From: Eledone cirrhosa
Lineage: Eukaryota
Assembly: GCA_964016885.1 (NCBI GenBank)
Contig: OZ024753.1
Span: 41,912,001 to 41,976,000 of the forward strand
Length of the DNA: 64,000 nucleotides
Reading direction: 5' to 3'
Notes under the pieces: generated by a model
What the model was told of the DNA's origin: nothing
The model's database searches: none
The model's input: only the letters and a program-made list of their open reading frames with translations
Program-made: the position numbers and the translations under genes
Shown: piece after piece, positions 1-12,440 of the stretch
Position numbering within the stretch: position 1 is the first letter of the stretch
How the letters are laid out: the number at the start of each line of letters is the position of its first letter

Positions 1-260
1 TGGTAATGAAAGGGTTAACAACATAGACAGTGTCTTTCATTGGAAATATGGAAATGAAAGGATTAATGACATAGACAGTGTCTTTCATTAGAAATATGGT
101 ACTGAAAGGGTTAATGACAAAGACAGTGTCTTTCATTAGAAATATGGTACTGAAAGGGTTAATGACATAGACAGTGTCTTTCATTGGAAATATGGTACTG
201 AAACGGTTAATGACATAGACAGTGTCTTTCATTAGAAATATGGTAATGAAAGGGTTAACA
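1..260. repeat. 48-bp minisatellite, over 5 copies (CSTF2 intron)
   Basis: Units start at 1, 49, 97, 145, 193 and 241. Confidence 0.9.
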
Positions 261-288
261 AAACAAAATAATGAATAAAGATGTTTAC

Positions 289-396
289 CTTCATCTGTTT
301 CATTAACTCAAACATCTGCTCTGGAGGTAGACTGGCAACTGCTTTGGAGATGGCTTCTGGGGCCTTTTCTGGCTCTACTTGGTCTCCATAGGGACT
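289..396 (-). CDS. CSTF2: CSTF2 coding exon 4, hinge domain (SPYGDQVEPEKAPEAISKAVASLPPEQMFELMKQMK); gene continues beyond window start
   Basis: ctttcag| acceptor and |GTAAAC donor; 108 nt, phase 0; CstF-64 hinge motif. Confidence 0.95.
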
Positions 397-749
397 CTGA
401 AAGGGGTTTAATTATTACCAATATATTAAATATATTAATGAAAAGATGTATGTTTTAGGGTTTTTTAAAAAACAAATCTAAACAAGTTCCCAGACCTCTC
501 TCGCTTACTGAGTGGAGTGGAGCTCATGAAATCAGACGAAGGAATTAATGTTTCCATTGTTTTTTTTCCATTGCTGACACTATCTACCAGTTGCAACGTG
601 AAATAAAGTGTCTTGCTCAAGGACACAATCCATCGCCCGGTCCAGGAATTGAACTTGCAATCGTGAGATTGTGAATCCAATTCCCTAACCACTAAGGCCC
701 CCAACCCCGCCTTAAGATAGACAAAGTAACAAAGAAAGAAAGAACTTAC

Positions 750-954
750 TTCAACAGGGGGCCCACCTATAGCCTGTTGCATACTCTTTAGTTCCTCTTT
801 GTTTTGTTCCCCAGCAGCAACACCTACACGTAATGGTCGCCCGTTAAAGTCATAATTGTTGAGATTCCGCATGGCACTTTGTGCTGTTTCAATGTCTTGA
901 TATTCACAGAAGCCATAACCTTTCGGTTTACCAGTTTCTCTGTCATAAACTAAT
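750..954 (-). CDS. CSTF2: CSTF2 coding exon 3 ([20 protein letters not shown]...GGPPVE)
   Basis: tttcag| acceptor and |GTAAGT donor; 205 nt; RNP1 KGYGFCEY; core of ORF 465..1163. Confidence 0.95.
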
Positions 955-991
955 CTGAAAATTAAAGCATTAAAAAATATTTTTGAATCTG

Positions 992-1042
<51 letters not shown>

Positions 1043-1574
1043 CAACATTTGTTCTCTGAAAGAGAATTAGGAGAGGAGTAAAGATAAAAAAAACTAATTT
1101 AACAATGGTTTCTAGAATTGATACAATAAAGCCATCAAATTTGAGTGGGTGGTGAAAAGTCAATTAAATTGATCCTGTTGGTAGGGGTTGAAACTGCCCA
1201 AATCCATCTCAACACCCAATAATCATGGAGTTCTGTGTCCGTTGTTTGTAATTTTATTTTTTTAAAATAATTTTTTACGGTTTTTCCTTAAAAAATTACT
1301 TTTCATTTTGCCCTTTTTTGTTAATTTAATTTTCTTATATATATATATATATATATATCATCATCATCGTTACATCCACTTTCCCTGCTAGCAAGGGTTG
1401 GACAGGTCTATATAAATCAAATCAGTACTGAAGCAGTGGCTACTGATCTCCCAGACAACTCACTTATGTATAGTCTCACGTTCTCCCTAGTACACAGGTG
1501 AGGTTGTCATGACTGACACAACTGTTTGGCAAGCTTTCTACGGCTGGATATATAAATATAATAAAGGTTTTTAC

Positions 1575-1653
1575 CTGAAACTAACCACAGGACCAGCCTG
1601 AGCAAAGATCTCCTTCAACTGTTCTTCTGTAGCTTCATAAGGAATGTTTCCGA
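1575..1653 (-). CDS. CSTF2: CSTF2 coding exon 2 ([27 protein letters not shown])
   Basis: ttcttcag| acceptor and |GTAAAA donor; 79 nt; CstF-64 RRM sequence; phases match neighbours. Confidence 0.95.
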
Positions 1654-1680
1654 CTGAAGAAGAAAGGGAAAGAGTTCATC

Positions 1681-1890
1681 AGTTATAGATATCATTTGGC
1701 ATTGATTTAAATAAAGGTAAGAGTTATAGATATCATTTGGCATTGATTTAAATAAAGGTAAGAGTTATAGATATCATTTGGCATTGATTTAAATAAAGGT
1801 AAGAGTTATAGATATCATTTGGCATTGATTTAAATAAAGGTAAGAGTTATAGATATCATTTGGCATTGATTTAAATAAAGGTAAGGGTTA
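1681..1890. repeat. 41-bp minisatellite, 5 copies
   Basis: agttatagatatcatttggcattgatttaaataaaggtaag. Confidence 0.95.
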
Positions 1891-3148
1891 TGTTACAGTA
1901 ATATTAATATTTACTTAGGAGAAGTTTAATTAAATCTATTTATCATCATGATAAGGCAAGAAACTGGCAGAGTCGTTAGAACGTTGTATAGAATGCTTTG
2001 TGATATTTGTTCCGGGTCTCTGCTGTCAGAGTTCAAATCCCACTGAAGTTAATTTAGTCTTTCATCTTTTCAAAGTCGATAAAAAAAGTACCAGTCATGT
2101 ACTGGGGTCAATTCTTCCGCTATATCTCCTCCTCACTCTCTAAAATATTAAAGGGAAACTCCAGTGGCCCTTTGTTGTGGCACATGATTGGGTAAATCAA
2201 ATATCGACAGTAATTTTAGATTCGTTTTTTATTTGATTTCACGTGGGAGATCTCAACGAAGGCATCTCTACAGTGAAGAGAAAACTATTGAACTAAAATC
2301 GATATTGATCCATAGAAGTAGCAGTAGTTGTAGTAACAGTATTACAGTATTTCATCCATTTCCTTGGGAAGATTTGACAAAGCCTTCACTTCATCCTAAC
2401 CTTTTGTTAATAGTTGTTTTACTACAGAGAGTCGTTACTTTTATTACAAGTTGTTACTATCTAACGATCGCAACTCCGAGTAGGAAGGAAGGAAGGAAAC
2501 CAGATTTGAACTTAGATCAGACATAGCCGAAACAGATAATGCAAATATTCCTCTTGTCCGCCTTTTTTACCATTTACCTGACAGTAAACAATGAACGGGT
2601 ACTTTATTTATCGACCTCAAAGGGGATGAAAGGCAAAGTTGACTTTTTCGGCGTGATCCGAACTCTGAGAGCAGAGAATCGGAACAAATACCGAGGCATT
2701 TAATACAACATAAAGAATTTTACTGCTCCTAATACGATATAAAATAAGAAGTACCCAAGATAATTATTTTAAAAACATTATATTCAATCATAAACTACAT
2801 CTTCCTTACACCGTGTTTGTTAATTAAACAACGTGATGAAACAAACATGTGTAAACGAAAACGTATAACATTTTGCACAGAAAAGTAAGTAGATAATAAT
2901 AAATAATAATAATAATAGGAGAGAAAGGATTTATGTAAAACAGTGAAAATTAGAATCTAATAACTAGAAAAGAAAGAGACCGGTAATTCTACAATAGGAG
3001 AAAATATACCGTGAGGAAGATGTAAGGAACTAAAATAGATAAGAATGCTTATTAAGCCGCAATAAAAATATTTTAAAAACTATTTGAATTAAAAGCTCAA
3101 GAATTAACATAATTAAATATAGTAGATTGGATTAAATATGAATATTAC

Positions 3149-3218
3149 CAAATACTGAACGTGCAGCTCTTTCAGCAGCTGTCAGAGGAGGATTCGGTTG
3201 TTGAAGAAGCGTCGCCAT
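3149..3218 (-). CDS. CSTF2: Cleavage stimulation factor 64 kDa subunit, first coding exon (MATLLQQPNPPLTAAERAARSVF-)
   Basis: ATG at 3218-3216; 70 nt ending G|GTAATA; joins in phase to give RSVFVGNIPY, the RNP2 start of the CstF-64 RRM. Confidence 0.9.
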
Positions 3219-3955
3219 TGCTGTAATAATAAGTAGTAAAGCCGTACTTTCGTATTAATTTTACAAATAATTAATTGTTTCTACTTTAGGCACAAGGCCA
3301 GCAATTACACAGTGATTTACTGGTACTTTATTTTATCGACCCCGTAAGGATGAAAGGCAAAGTCAAAATTGGATTAAATTTTAAAAGCTCACGGGGATAT
3401 ATTTTATAAAATACACATTTTAAATTCATAATATTAAATTTTAACTGCGTTAATTGTATTTCTAAAATAATTTTGTTATGGTTGTTGTTTTATTTTTTAA
3501 ATTATAAATTAAAGTTTATGTTTTGGTACTCTATTTTGAATTGTTCAAATTAGTTCTTTATGCAGCGTGCGTCTCTGATCATTCTCCGTGGGACAGGATT
3601 GCCATTCTCCGTGGGGCAGGACTGAAGCCCCGATCAGACTAAGGTACAGTGTCTGCCCCCCCCCCCCCCCCCCCCCTTTTTTTTTCGTTGTTTGATTCTT
3701 TTTTTTTTTCTTCTTTTCTTTTCCGTTTTTTGGTCGCCTTTAACAATGTTTTGTTTTTGTAGCTTGATTTTACAACAATTTTCTTGTTTTTAAACAAAAC
3801 CTTGGTTGATTACGGTATGTCAGCCTTCATATATAAACATCTCCTAAGTTATTGTTAACATATCTAATATAGTAAATATGATATATCTAATTAGAGATAT
3901 GTGGTTAGTAATAGAAAATTTTAGCTCAACGACTAACATTAATTTAATTAGTTTG

Positions 3956-4137
3956 GTGGATTGGCAGTATTGGTAGAGGGTCGGACGCCATGCTTTGACG
4001 TATAGAGTTACGGCCCTTGCCATTCTGAGTTCAAATCCCGCCGAGGTTAACTTTGCCTTTCATCCTTACGGGGTCGATAAAATAAAGTACCAGTAATGCA
4101 CTGGGTAATTGCTAGCCTTGTGCCTAACGCAGAAACA
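3956..4137 (+). mobile_element. tRNA-derived SINE, family A (Nin/Deu-domain-like core), with 18-bp TSD
   Basis: B box GAGTTCAAATCC; core gcctttcatccttacggggtcgataaaataaagtaccag; flanked by ATTAATTTAATTAGTTTG twice; further copies at ~1960, 2570, 3275, 4330, 5370-5860, 7260-7610, 49140-49340 and 56941. Confidence 0.85.
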
Positions 4138-4610
4138 ATTAATTTAATTAGTTTGCCAGACATAGGAGACAACTTTGAACATATTTCGTTCTTATTAGAC
4201 TTCTTCAGGGAAGCTCTGATGTAATTATTAGGTGAAAGTAGGGGACAACTCCGGGCTGTACTGTTTGAGGGAAATTAAAGAAATATTGTAAGTGTGTGTG
4301 TGTGGGGGGGGGGGGGTAAGGTAGCTGGCTGGGTTGGCAGAGTCAGTAGAGCATCGGACAATGTTTTGCAGCATAGAATTGCGGCCTTTTACTGCCTGAG
4401 TTCAAATCCCGCTGAGGTTAACTTTGCTTTTCATCCAAGCGGGGTCGATAAAATAAAGTACCAGTAATGCATTGGTTCGATTTGATCGACTTTCCCCTTC
4501 CCCAAATTTGCAGGCCTTGTGTCTAAATCAGAAATCTTTATTTCTGGCAATGAATATATTTTATCAATAAAAATTTTTAAAAAATCACAAACAAATTTAT
4601 TTCAAATAAT

Positions 4611-4797
4611 TGTTTCTACTTTTGGCACAAGACCAGCAATTATCTCAGTGCATTACTGGTACTTTATTTTATCGACCCCGTAAGGATGAAAGGCAAAGTT
4701 AACCTCGGCAGGATTTGAACTCAAAACGTAAAGGGCCATAACTCTATGCTGTAAAGTATGGTGTCTGACGCTCTACCAATGCTGCCAAAACACCGCC
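4611..4797 (-). mobile_element. SINE family A
   Basis: Full-length reverse-complement copy. Confidence 0.85.
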
Positions 4798-5983
4798 CTA
4801 ACACCACAGATATTTAAAAAAACGGGGAGGGAAGGGAAGGACAATGGCTCTAGGGTGACAGAAGAATAGGAGGGAGAGGGTGGCGGGTGGTGGGCTCTGA
4901 GCCTAAGGTGCGGCGGTGTGGTGGTTGTGTGCCGCCGACAAGACTGCAAAAGCATTTCCTTAACCAATTGAACCGTTGGTAGGGAGAAATAATCTGAAGC
5001 TTAATAAACGTAGCTGGCAAAGAAAGCTATGGGAGACAACCCTGACATTTTAAACGTTTTTAATTTACACACAAAACCAGCAATATTTTCAGGAGTGCGT
5101 GTGAGGGGGGAGGGACACACAGAGGCGGGGGTAAAGTCGATTAAATCAATCACAGTACCTGGGTTTATTTTAAGGAAATGTTAGAACTGCACAAATCTTT
5201 GACCCAGTGTATGATATTCTTTGAGTCTGAAAACTATTTGTAATGGTCATTTAAAAAATATTTTATGAGTGTTTAAAGTCTTTTAAATATCTTTTTACCA
5301 TGTAGTTTTTGACACCACAAAATTAGATTTAGAACTATAAAAGCAGGGGTCAACTGCTTGTTAAAATAATCAGATCTTTGTTGACTCAGGAAGGATGAAT
5401 GACAAAGTTGACCTCAGTGGGATTTGAACTCATATTGTAGAAGGATGGAATAAATACTGCAAAAGAATTCTATTCATCATTTTAAAGACTTCCTTGATAT
5501 TAAATTTATCGTGAAATAATAGTTTCTGATTTAGACAGTTTTCCCTGGCGGGAAGGGGGTGAGGGTAAAAGACTCAGTATGTTACTGGTACTTTATTTTA
5601 TTTACTCCGCAAGGATGAAATACAAAGATAACCTCGGCGGGTTTTGAAATCAGAACATAAATTATTTGGAATAATGCCAGCAAATTTAAAAGGAAGGACT
5701 AATTTAATTAAATCAATCCCAGTATTTGATTGATATTTTATTTTATCGACTCCGGAAGGATGAAAGGCAAGTTAACCTCGGCGTGATTTGAACTCAGAAT
5801 GTAAAGAGTTAGAACAAATAACACAACAGCTTTGCTATCCGGCGCTCTACCGACTCACCACATTCTTTTTATTGGGACATACTGACAAAATATATAATAG
5901 ACTAATGAAAAGAGGTTGGTGTTAAGGGGAGATAACTCTGGTGCTAGCTCTGATCAGTTGCAGTTGAGAGAAAAGCTCCGAAA

Positions 5984-6051
5984 ATGGCAAACGTTGTACA
6001 ACGTTTGGTAGCTTCTTTGAAAAGTAAAGAATTCAGAGACTACTTATGCAG
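5984..6051 (+). CDS. MPC1: Mitochondrial pyruvate carrier 1, exon 1 (MANVVQRLVASLKSKEFRDYLC-)
   Basis: aaaATGG start; AG|GTGAGA donor; matches the MPC1 N-terminal SKxFRDYLxS motif. Confidence 0.9.
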
Positions 6052-6533
6052 GTGAGACTACATAATATATAATATACACACACATATATATAGGTTATAA
6101 CGTAATATAGCACTGCAATAGAAGAATCCTGAATTAAATGCCTGGCTGATTTTATTTCATAACGAAACATTTTTCTTCGATCTTTTCCAGCCAATCCAAT
6201 TTTCAAGTTTAATTACGATTCCCAGTTGTAATATTTTATTATATAGGCCACGTTGTTTGAAAACTAATACATTGTAGATTGGTGAAGACATTAAAATATA
6301 AATATATATTTACATATAAATATATAGTTATATATTTATTATCTTTAGCAGGGGTGGTCGTTGTTTTTTTTTGTATCTCGTTTGTGTTGGATACTTTCAC
6401 ATATTGTGGTGTAAACCATAGTAAATTAGATTCCAGTTGGTTAGCTTTTAGTATAGCTTAGAAGAAATGTGTGTCAACTTGTAACTGGATCTTTGATGTT
6501 TACTGTTGCACTCTTTCGAAAAGTTTGAGAAGC

Positions 6534-6590
<57 letters not shown>

Positions 6591-8167
6591 CGCCTAAATG
6601 TATGTATGTTTATAATATATATATGTATGTTTATGTTATATATATGTATGTATATACTTACGTATGTGTGTGTATATATGTATCTATGTATATTATATAT
6701 GTATGTTCGTATATATATAATGTATATGTATATGTTGTACATATGTTATATATGTATGTACACACATTGCCAGTTCTCTAAGCTGCATGTTACGATGTTG
6801 TTTTTCTGTTAAATACCCGGGTTGACTTCGTGAGAACAATCAAGGGGGTGGATTAAACCTGTATGACCTCCCTAGCTAAAAATATCATCGGGAACCCTTA
6901 CTTATTGTTAATAGCTCCTAGCTACATCGTGGTCAGTCTCCATACCACTTCACCCTTTAATTCATCAGTAGTCCGATCCAATTGAATGTATTACACCACA
7001 CTGCATTGTTTGTCATCGTACCCGAGAATTCTGGAGGTCACAGTCACAAGGACACACAGTCATATTCTCCATTCGACCGTGAGAATTACTGAATGCTAAC
7101 ATTTAAGATATGTCAGTCCTGTTTCGAAGCTTGGACGCTTTCTTTTATCGAGACATAGAAATCGATATAAATATACTGGTGCGCCCGCGAAAATCAGTTG
7201 AAATATTCTACGTATAAGTGGGTGGCAGCTACGCAGATTTATTTCTACAGCTAAAATAATGGTTTCTAATTTAGGTACAAGGCCAACAATATTTGAGTGT
7301 GTGTATGGGGAGGTGGATCGTTTATATCAACCCCAGTATTTAACTGGTACTTTATTTTATCGATCCCTTTAAAAAATGAAAGGCAGAATTGGCCTCGGTT
7401 CGGATTTGAACCTAAAAACATAAACGTCCGGAACAAAACATAAATCGATTATATCAACCCCAGTATTTGATCGTTATTTTGTTTTATCGATCTCTTTAAA
7501 TAAAAAAAAATGAAAAGCAGAATTGACCTCAGTTAGAATTTGAACCTAAAAACATAAAGGTCCCGAACAAAACAGCTTTGTGCGATGCTCCACCGATTCT
7601 GCCAATTCACTGCAACTTCTTACGATAGAAATATATTAATGACAATCCTTGCAGTTTAACACTTCACTTTCACTTTTTGACAATCTACAGTCACTTATCT
7701 CGGTTGGCAGCTGGCCAAACACTCGCTTTAATAAGTTTATCGTACATTTCTTTGTGTTCGTATGATATATATGTATGTATAGGAACATATGTATGTATAA
7801 GAAGCACGCTGTTGTTCGAATGGTACTTATTTTGCAATAATATATACGTATATATATTAATAATAATAGTATTTATACTTATATATATAATCTATATACA
7901 ATTATAAATACGGAAGGGTAATATATTGTATTACCCAATTACCAGTAAGAGAATTACTTCAATGTAAATTATTAGATGTATTACAGAGCAGAAATACAGA
8001 ATAAAAAGCAATCAAATTTTTGTTTAATGTATTTAATTGCTGGCGATCGTTTCTTCCATAATATATATATATTATTTCCGTATACGGTTGGTTGACAGCA
8101 GTAGAGTTTTAATGTTAATTTTATTAAGGCTAAATAGTGAGTCTTGTTACTCTGGAGTTTCGCCTGT

Positions 8168-8217
8168 TCTTGTCTGATGACCCTTTATTAAACAGGCGAA
8201 ACTCCAGAGTAACAAGA
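8168..8217 (+). ncRNA. Type I hammerhead ribozyme motif (MPC1 intron 1, sense strand)
   Basis: Helix I TCTTGT/ACAAGA; CTGATGA 8174-8180; helix II CCT/AGG; GAAA; helix III ACTC/GAGT; GUA cleavage triplet. Confidence 0.65.
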
Positions 8218-8223
8218 CTTAGT

Positions 8224-8300
<77 letters not shown>

Positions 8301-8425
8301 ATTAAAATAACAGATTAAAGTTTAAGCAAAGAATCGCTGCGTAACGGGTGAAAGCAGCGATTCTTATATATATATATAGCTGTCAACATAATCGTAATTT
8401 ACACCTTCCTATATATATATATCTT

Positions 8426-8471
<46 letters not shown>

Positions 8472-8629
8472 CAAAATATGTACTCTTAAGAAGATTATGA
8501 GGGAACTTTGTTAAATAGGGATGGGGTGCTAAACTGTTATATATAAACCTATTTATGTAAACACACACACGTATTAGACGAAACTCTTCCTGCTATATCA
8601 AACGTTAAACTAATTTATTTTTTCATTGT

Positions 8630-8666
<37 letters not shown>

Positions 8667-10512
8667 TGCTGACAGAATGTTTGCTATTATAGAGAGATCC
8701 TTGGCATCAATTTACATCTATTTATCTTTGCTGGCATGGGTTGGACTATATATATAGATAAATACAGTGAAGGAGAGATAGATATGATATGGCCGCTAGT
8801 AAAGATACTATAAACATCTGAATTAACAAAACACACAACCACAATCAGCAAGACATTCTTAAAAATTACAAAACACCACTGTGACTACAATAAATAAAAA
8901 AATTAAATCTATAATTTAGCCTAATACTGCAAATTTTCACAATTTATCCACTAGTAAAGATACTATAAACATCTGAATTAACAAACCACATTAGCAAGAC
9001 ATTCTTCAAAAGTACAATATAGTACTGTGACTAGATCACATTAAAATTTGAAATCTTTACTTTAATATTGCAAATTTTCATAACAATTTATCTGCAATAA
9101 TACTATAAACATGTGAATATTTGAACCCATTTAAAAAACTATTCTCAACTAAATCTTTACAGGATGGTAAAGAGTTAAACAGCTATCTTATATAAGTGGT
9201 ACTTTTACCGAGTGATATTGTTGTAGCTTGTATATATTTGTTGTTGTGTGATGACCTTTCAACTATATTGTAGATTTACTGTGTTATTACATCTATTATC
9301 AGTCATGTCTTACTATGACAGGTTGTCATCTACTTCTCCTTTTCACTTATTTGGCATTCATCATCATTATCATGTGGCCTAGGGGTTAGGACGTTGAACT
9401 CGGATTCATAAGTTTGTAGGGTTGTGTGTTGTGTTGTTGAGCAAGATGCTTCATGCTTCGTTTCATATTGCTTTCCATGCTAGGACTGATGCTCCTATAA
9501 TTAAAATACCAGAGAAACCTCCATTGAGATACAACCATGTAGGAAGTCAGCTAAACCTACATAAGTCTGAGCTGTAACAAGGCTGAGGTGTCTAACATTA
9601 AAACACAGAAGAAACCTCCTAGGAGATACAACCATATAGGAGGTGAGGTCAGCTGTAACAACAACATAAGACTAAGTCCTCTGTCATTAAAACATCCAAG
9701 AAACCTCCTGTGAGATACAGCCTTGTAGGCCAGCTAAACCTACATAAGTCTGATCTGTAACATGGCTGGGGTATCTATCATTAAAACACAGAAGAAACCT
9801 CCTATGAGATACAACCGTAACAACAACATAAGACTAGGTCCTCTATCATTAAAACACCCAAGAATCCTCCTATGAGATCTAACCTCATAAGAGATCAGCT
9901 AAACCTACATAGGTGGGAGCTGTAAATTTGAATTTTTTTTTTTCATTTCGTCATTAGTTTTACATCCATTTTTTTCTCCTTGCTGGCATGGGCTGGATGA
10001 GACATTCTTGAGTCAGTATCCGATGGCTCAATGTCCTTCCTGATACCAACCCTTACTTGTTTCTTATACAAGGTATCGATATTTACATGACTAACTGCTG
10101 AGCTGAGGGATATCTGTTTATGCAGGACATAAACAAATATGTTGACTGCAAAGAGAAGAGACACTCTCACGCCTATACAAACACACCCACACTCCCACGT
10201 TAATATTGGGTTGTAGATCTATCGTTATCCTTGTTGTTTTTACATCCACATTTCCACACACCCCTGGGTTGGCTGGGTCCTTCTCAGCCCAGCATCTCCC
10301 CACATGTTTTACTCCACATTTCCACACCCACATGGATTGGCTGGGTCCTTCTCAGCCCAGCATCTCTCCATTTGTCATGTTTCTTTGTCATCTTCTTTGC
10401 TGTTAGACATTTCTTTAAGATGTTGAATTCTTCTACTAATATTTCTCCGATTTGATTTTATTAAATTCCTTTAACACATTGGTTGTTTTCTTTTTCATAT
10501 GATGATCATCAG

Positions 10513-10516
10513 TACT
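10513..10516 (+). CDS. MPC1: MPC1 exon 2, 4-nt microexon TACT (completes Ser, encodes Thr)
   Basis: T-rich tract...catcag|TACT|GTGAGT; 4 nt are needed to restore the frame and the conserved S-T-H-F-W-G-P. Confidence 0.75.
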
Positions 10517-10747
10517 GTGAGTATCTATTCATATAATTTACTCTGTGTGTTCTCTATCTCACTCCTTTCCAACACCAAAAATATATTCTTATCATTTTTT
10601 TCCCCCTTCATTCTCCTTTCTTCTGCATCTCTCCTCCCTATTCTTTCTCAAATTTCTGGAGAAAGATGAATTAACTTTTTCTCATTTCTTAAGAGCATAA
10701 AACTACTTTTGGCTAAGATCAAAGTGTAGGATCTGTTCTTATCAGCG

Positions 10748-11319
<572 letters not shown>

Positions 11320-11340
11320 ATATATATATATATATATAAG

Positions 11341-11628
11341 AAAAAAAGATGAAATCGAAAATGCAACTGGAGTCTTTTTTAAGAATATTTATTTGGTTCC
11401 TTTACCTGTTTCACAGTTCTTATGCTTTTCAAAAGTAGAATTGAGATGGAGGGTTTGAGGTTTTTCTACTTTTGAAAAGCATAAGAACTGTGAAACCAGT
11501 AAAGGAACCAAATAAATATTCTTAAAAAAGACTCCAGTTGCATTTTCGATTTCATCTTTTTTCCTTATACTTTCACTCGTGTAGGACATCTCATTTTTTT
11601 TCATTTTGAAAACAAGCCTCATTTTCTA
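11341..11628 (+). mobile_element. (TA)n-embedded short element with ~220-bp palindrome
   Basis: Arms 11341-11440 and 11464-11562; contains GAAACCAGTA; unique 3' tail then (TA)n. Confidence 0.55.
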
Positions 11629-11818
11629 ATATATATATATATTATAGTTATCTTCAAAACGTTTTTATTGCTACCATTGGTTTCCAATCCCACGTGTAGC
11701 TTAGATTGAAAGGGTTAACCAATTGTTAGAAATTTTCTCCGTTTCTTAGGAATTTCTGAATTGTTTCTTTGACTACTAAAAAAAAAAAATTAACCTGGAA
11801 ATTATTTTTCTCTTGTAG

Positions 11819-11834
11819 CACTTTTGGGGACCAG
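11819..11834 (+). CDS. MPC1: MPC1 exon 3, 16-nt microexon (HFWGP-)
   Basis: tttttctcttgtag|CACTTTTGGGGACCAG|GTAAGT. Confidence 0.92.
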
Positions 11835-12089
11835 GTAAGTTGATTATATTAAAATCTAAAATTTAATAAAAGTATAATTCATATTTAACTTTTTTTGATA
11901 CCAAACTACCTCTGGTTCTGTGATATAGAGATGTTTGTTTTAAAGGGTTTATATTTATTAAAAAACATTTCCATCATAATTTTATGTTCTAAACACCAGA
12001 TTCTTATTTTTTCTGTAATTCTATCTCTGGTTCTGGCCAGCTGGAGCATGACAAGGGTCACTGACATCTCTGGTGTCTCTAGGTTTGGT

Positions 12090-12440
12090 TATCACCAGAA
12101 TTGGCCAACTCGAGTGTGATATCACCAGAACTGGCCAACTGGAGCATGATATCACCAGAGCTGGCCAACTGGAGCGTGATATCACCAGAGCTGGCCAACT
12201 GGAGCGTGATATCACTAGAACTGGTCAACTGGAGCATGATATCACCAGAGCTGGCCAACTGGAGCATGATATCACCAGAGCTGGCCAACTGGAGCGTGAT
12301 ATCACCAGAGCTGGCCAACTGGAGCATGATATCACCAGAGCTGGCCAACTGGAGCGTGATATCACTAGAACTGGCCTGTGATATCACCAGACCTGGTCAA
12401 CTGGAGCATGATATCACCAGAACTGGCCAGCTAGGGTGTG
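12090..12440. repeat. 30-bp minisatellite, ~11 copies (MPC1 intron 3)
   Basis: gatatcaccagagctggccaactggagcrt. Confidence 0.95.

Larger units (their letters stand above)
3219..5983. promoter_or_regulatory. Divergent (bidirectional) promoter region between CSTF2 and MPC1
   Basis: Start codons lie 2.77 kb apart head-to-head; several GGGAGAYAACTC-like motifs; transcription starts cannot be located from sequence. Confidence 0.55.

Noticed and set aside
465-1163. 232-aa ORF as a standalone gene
   Set aside because: Only 750-954 is coding (CSTF2 exon); the rest is intron read-through including (TA)n and a SINE head
3640-3660. Iron-responsive element (CAGTGT)
   Set aside because: Flanking bases do not form the 5-bp upper stem
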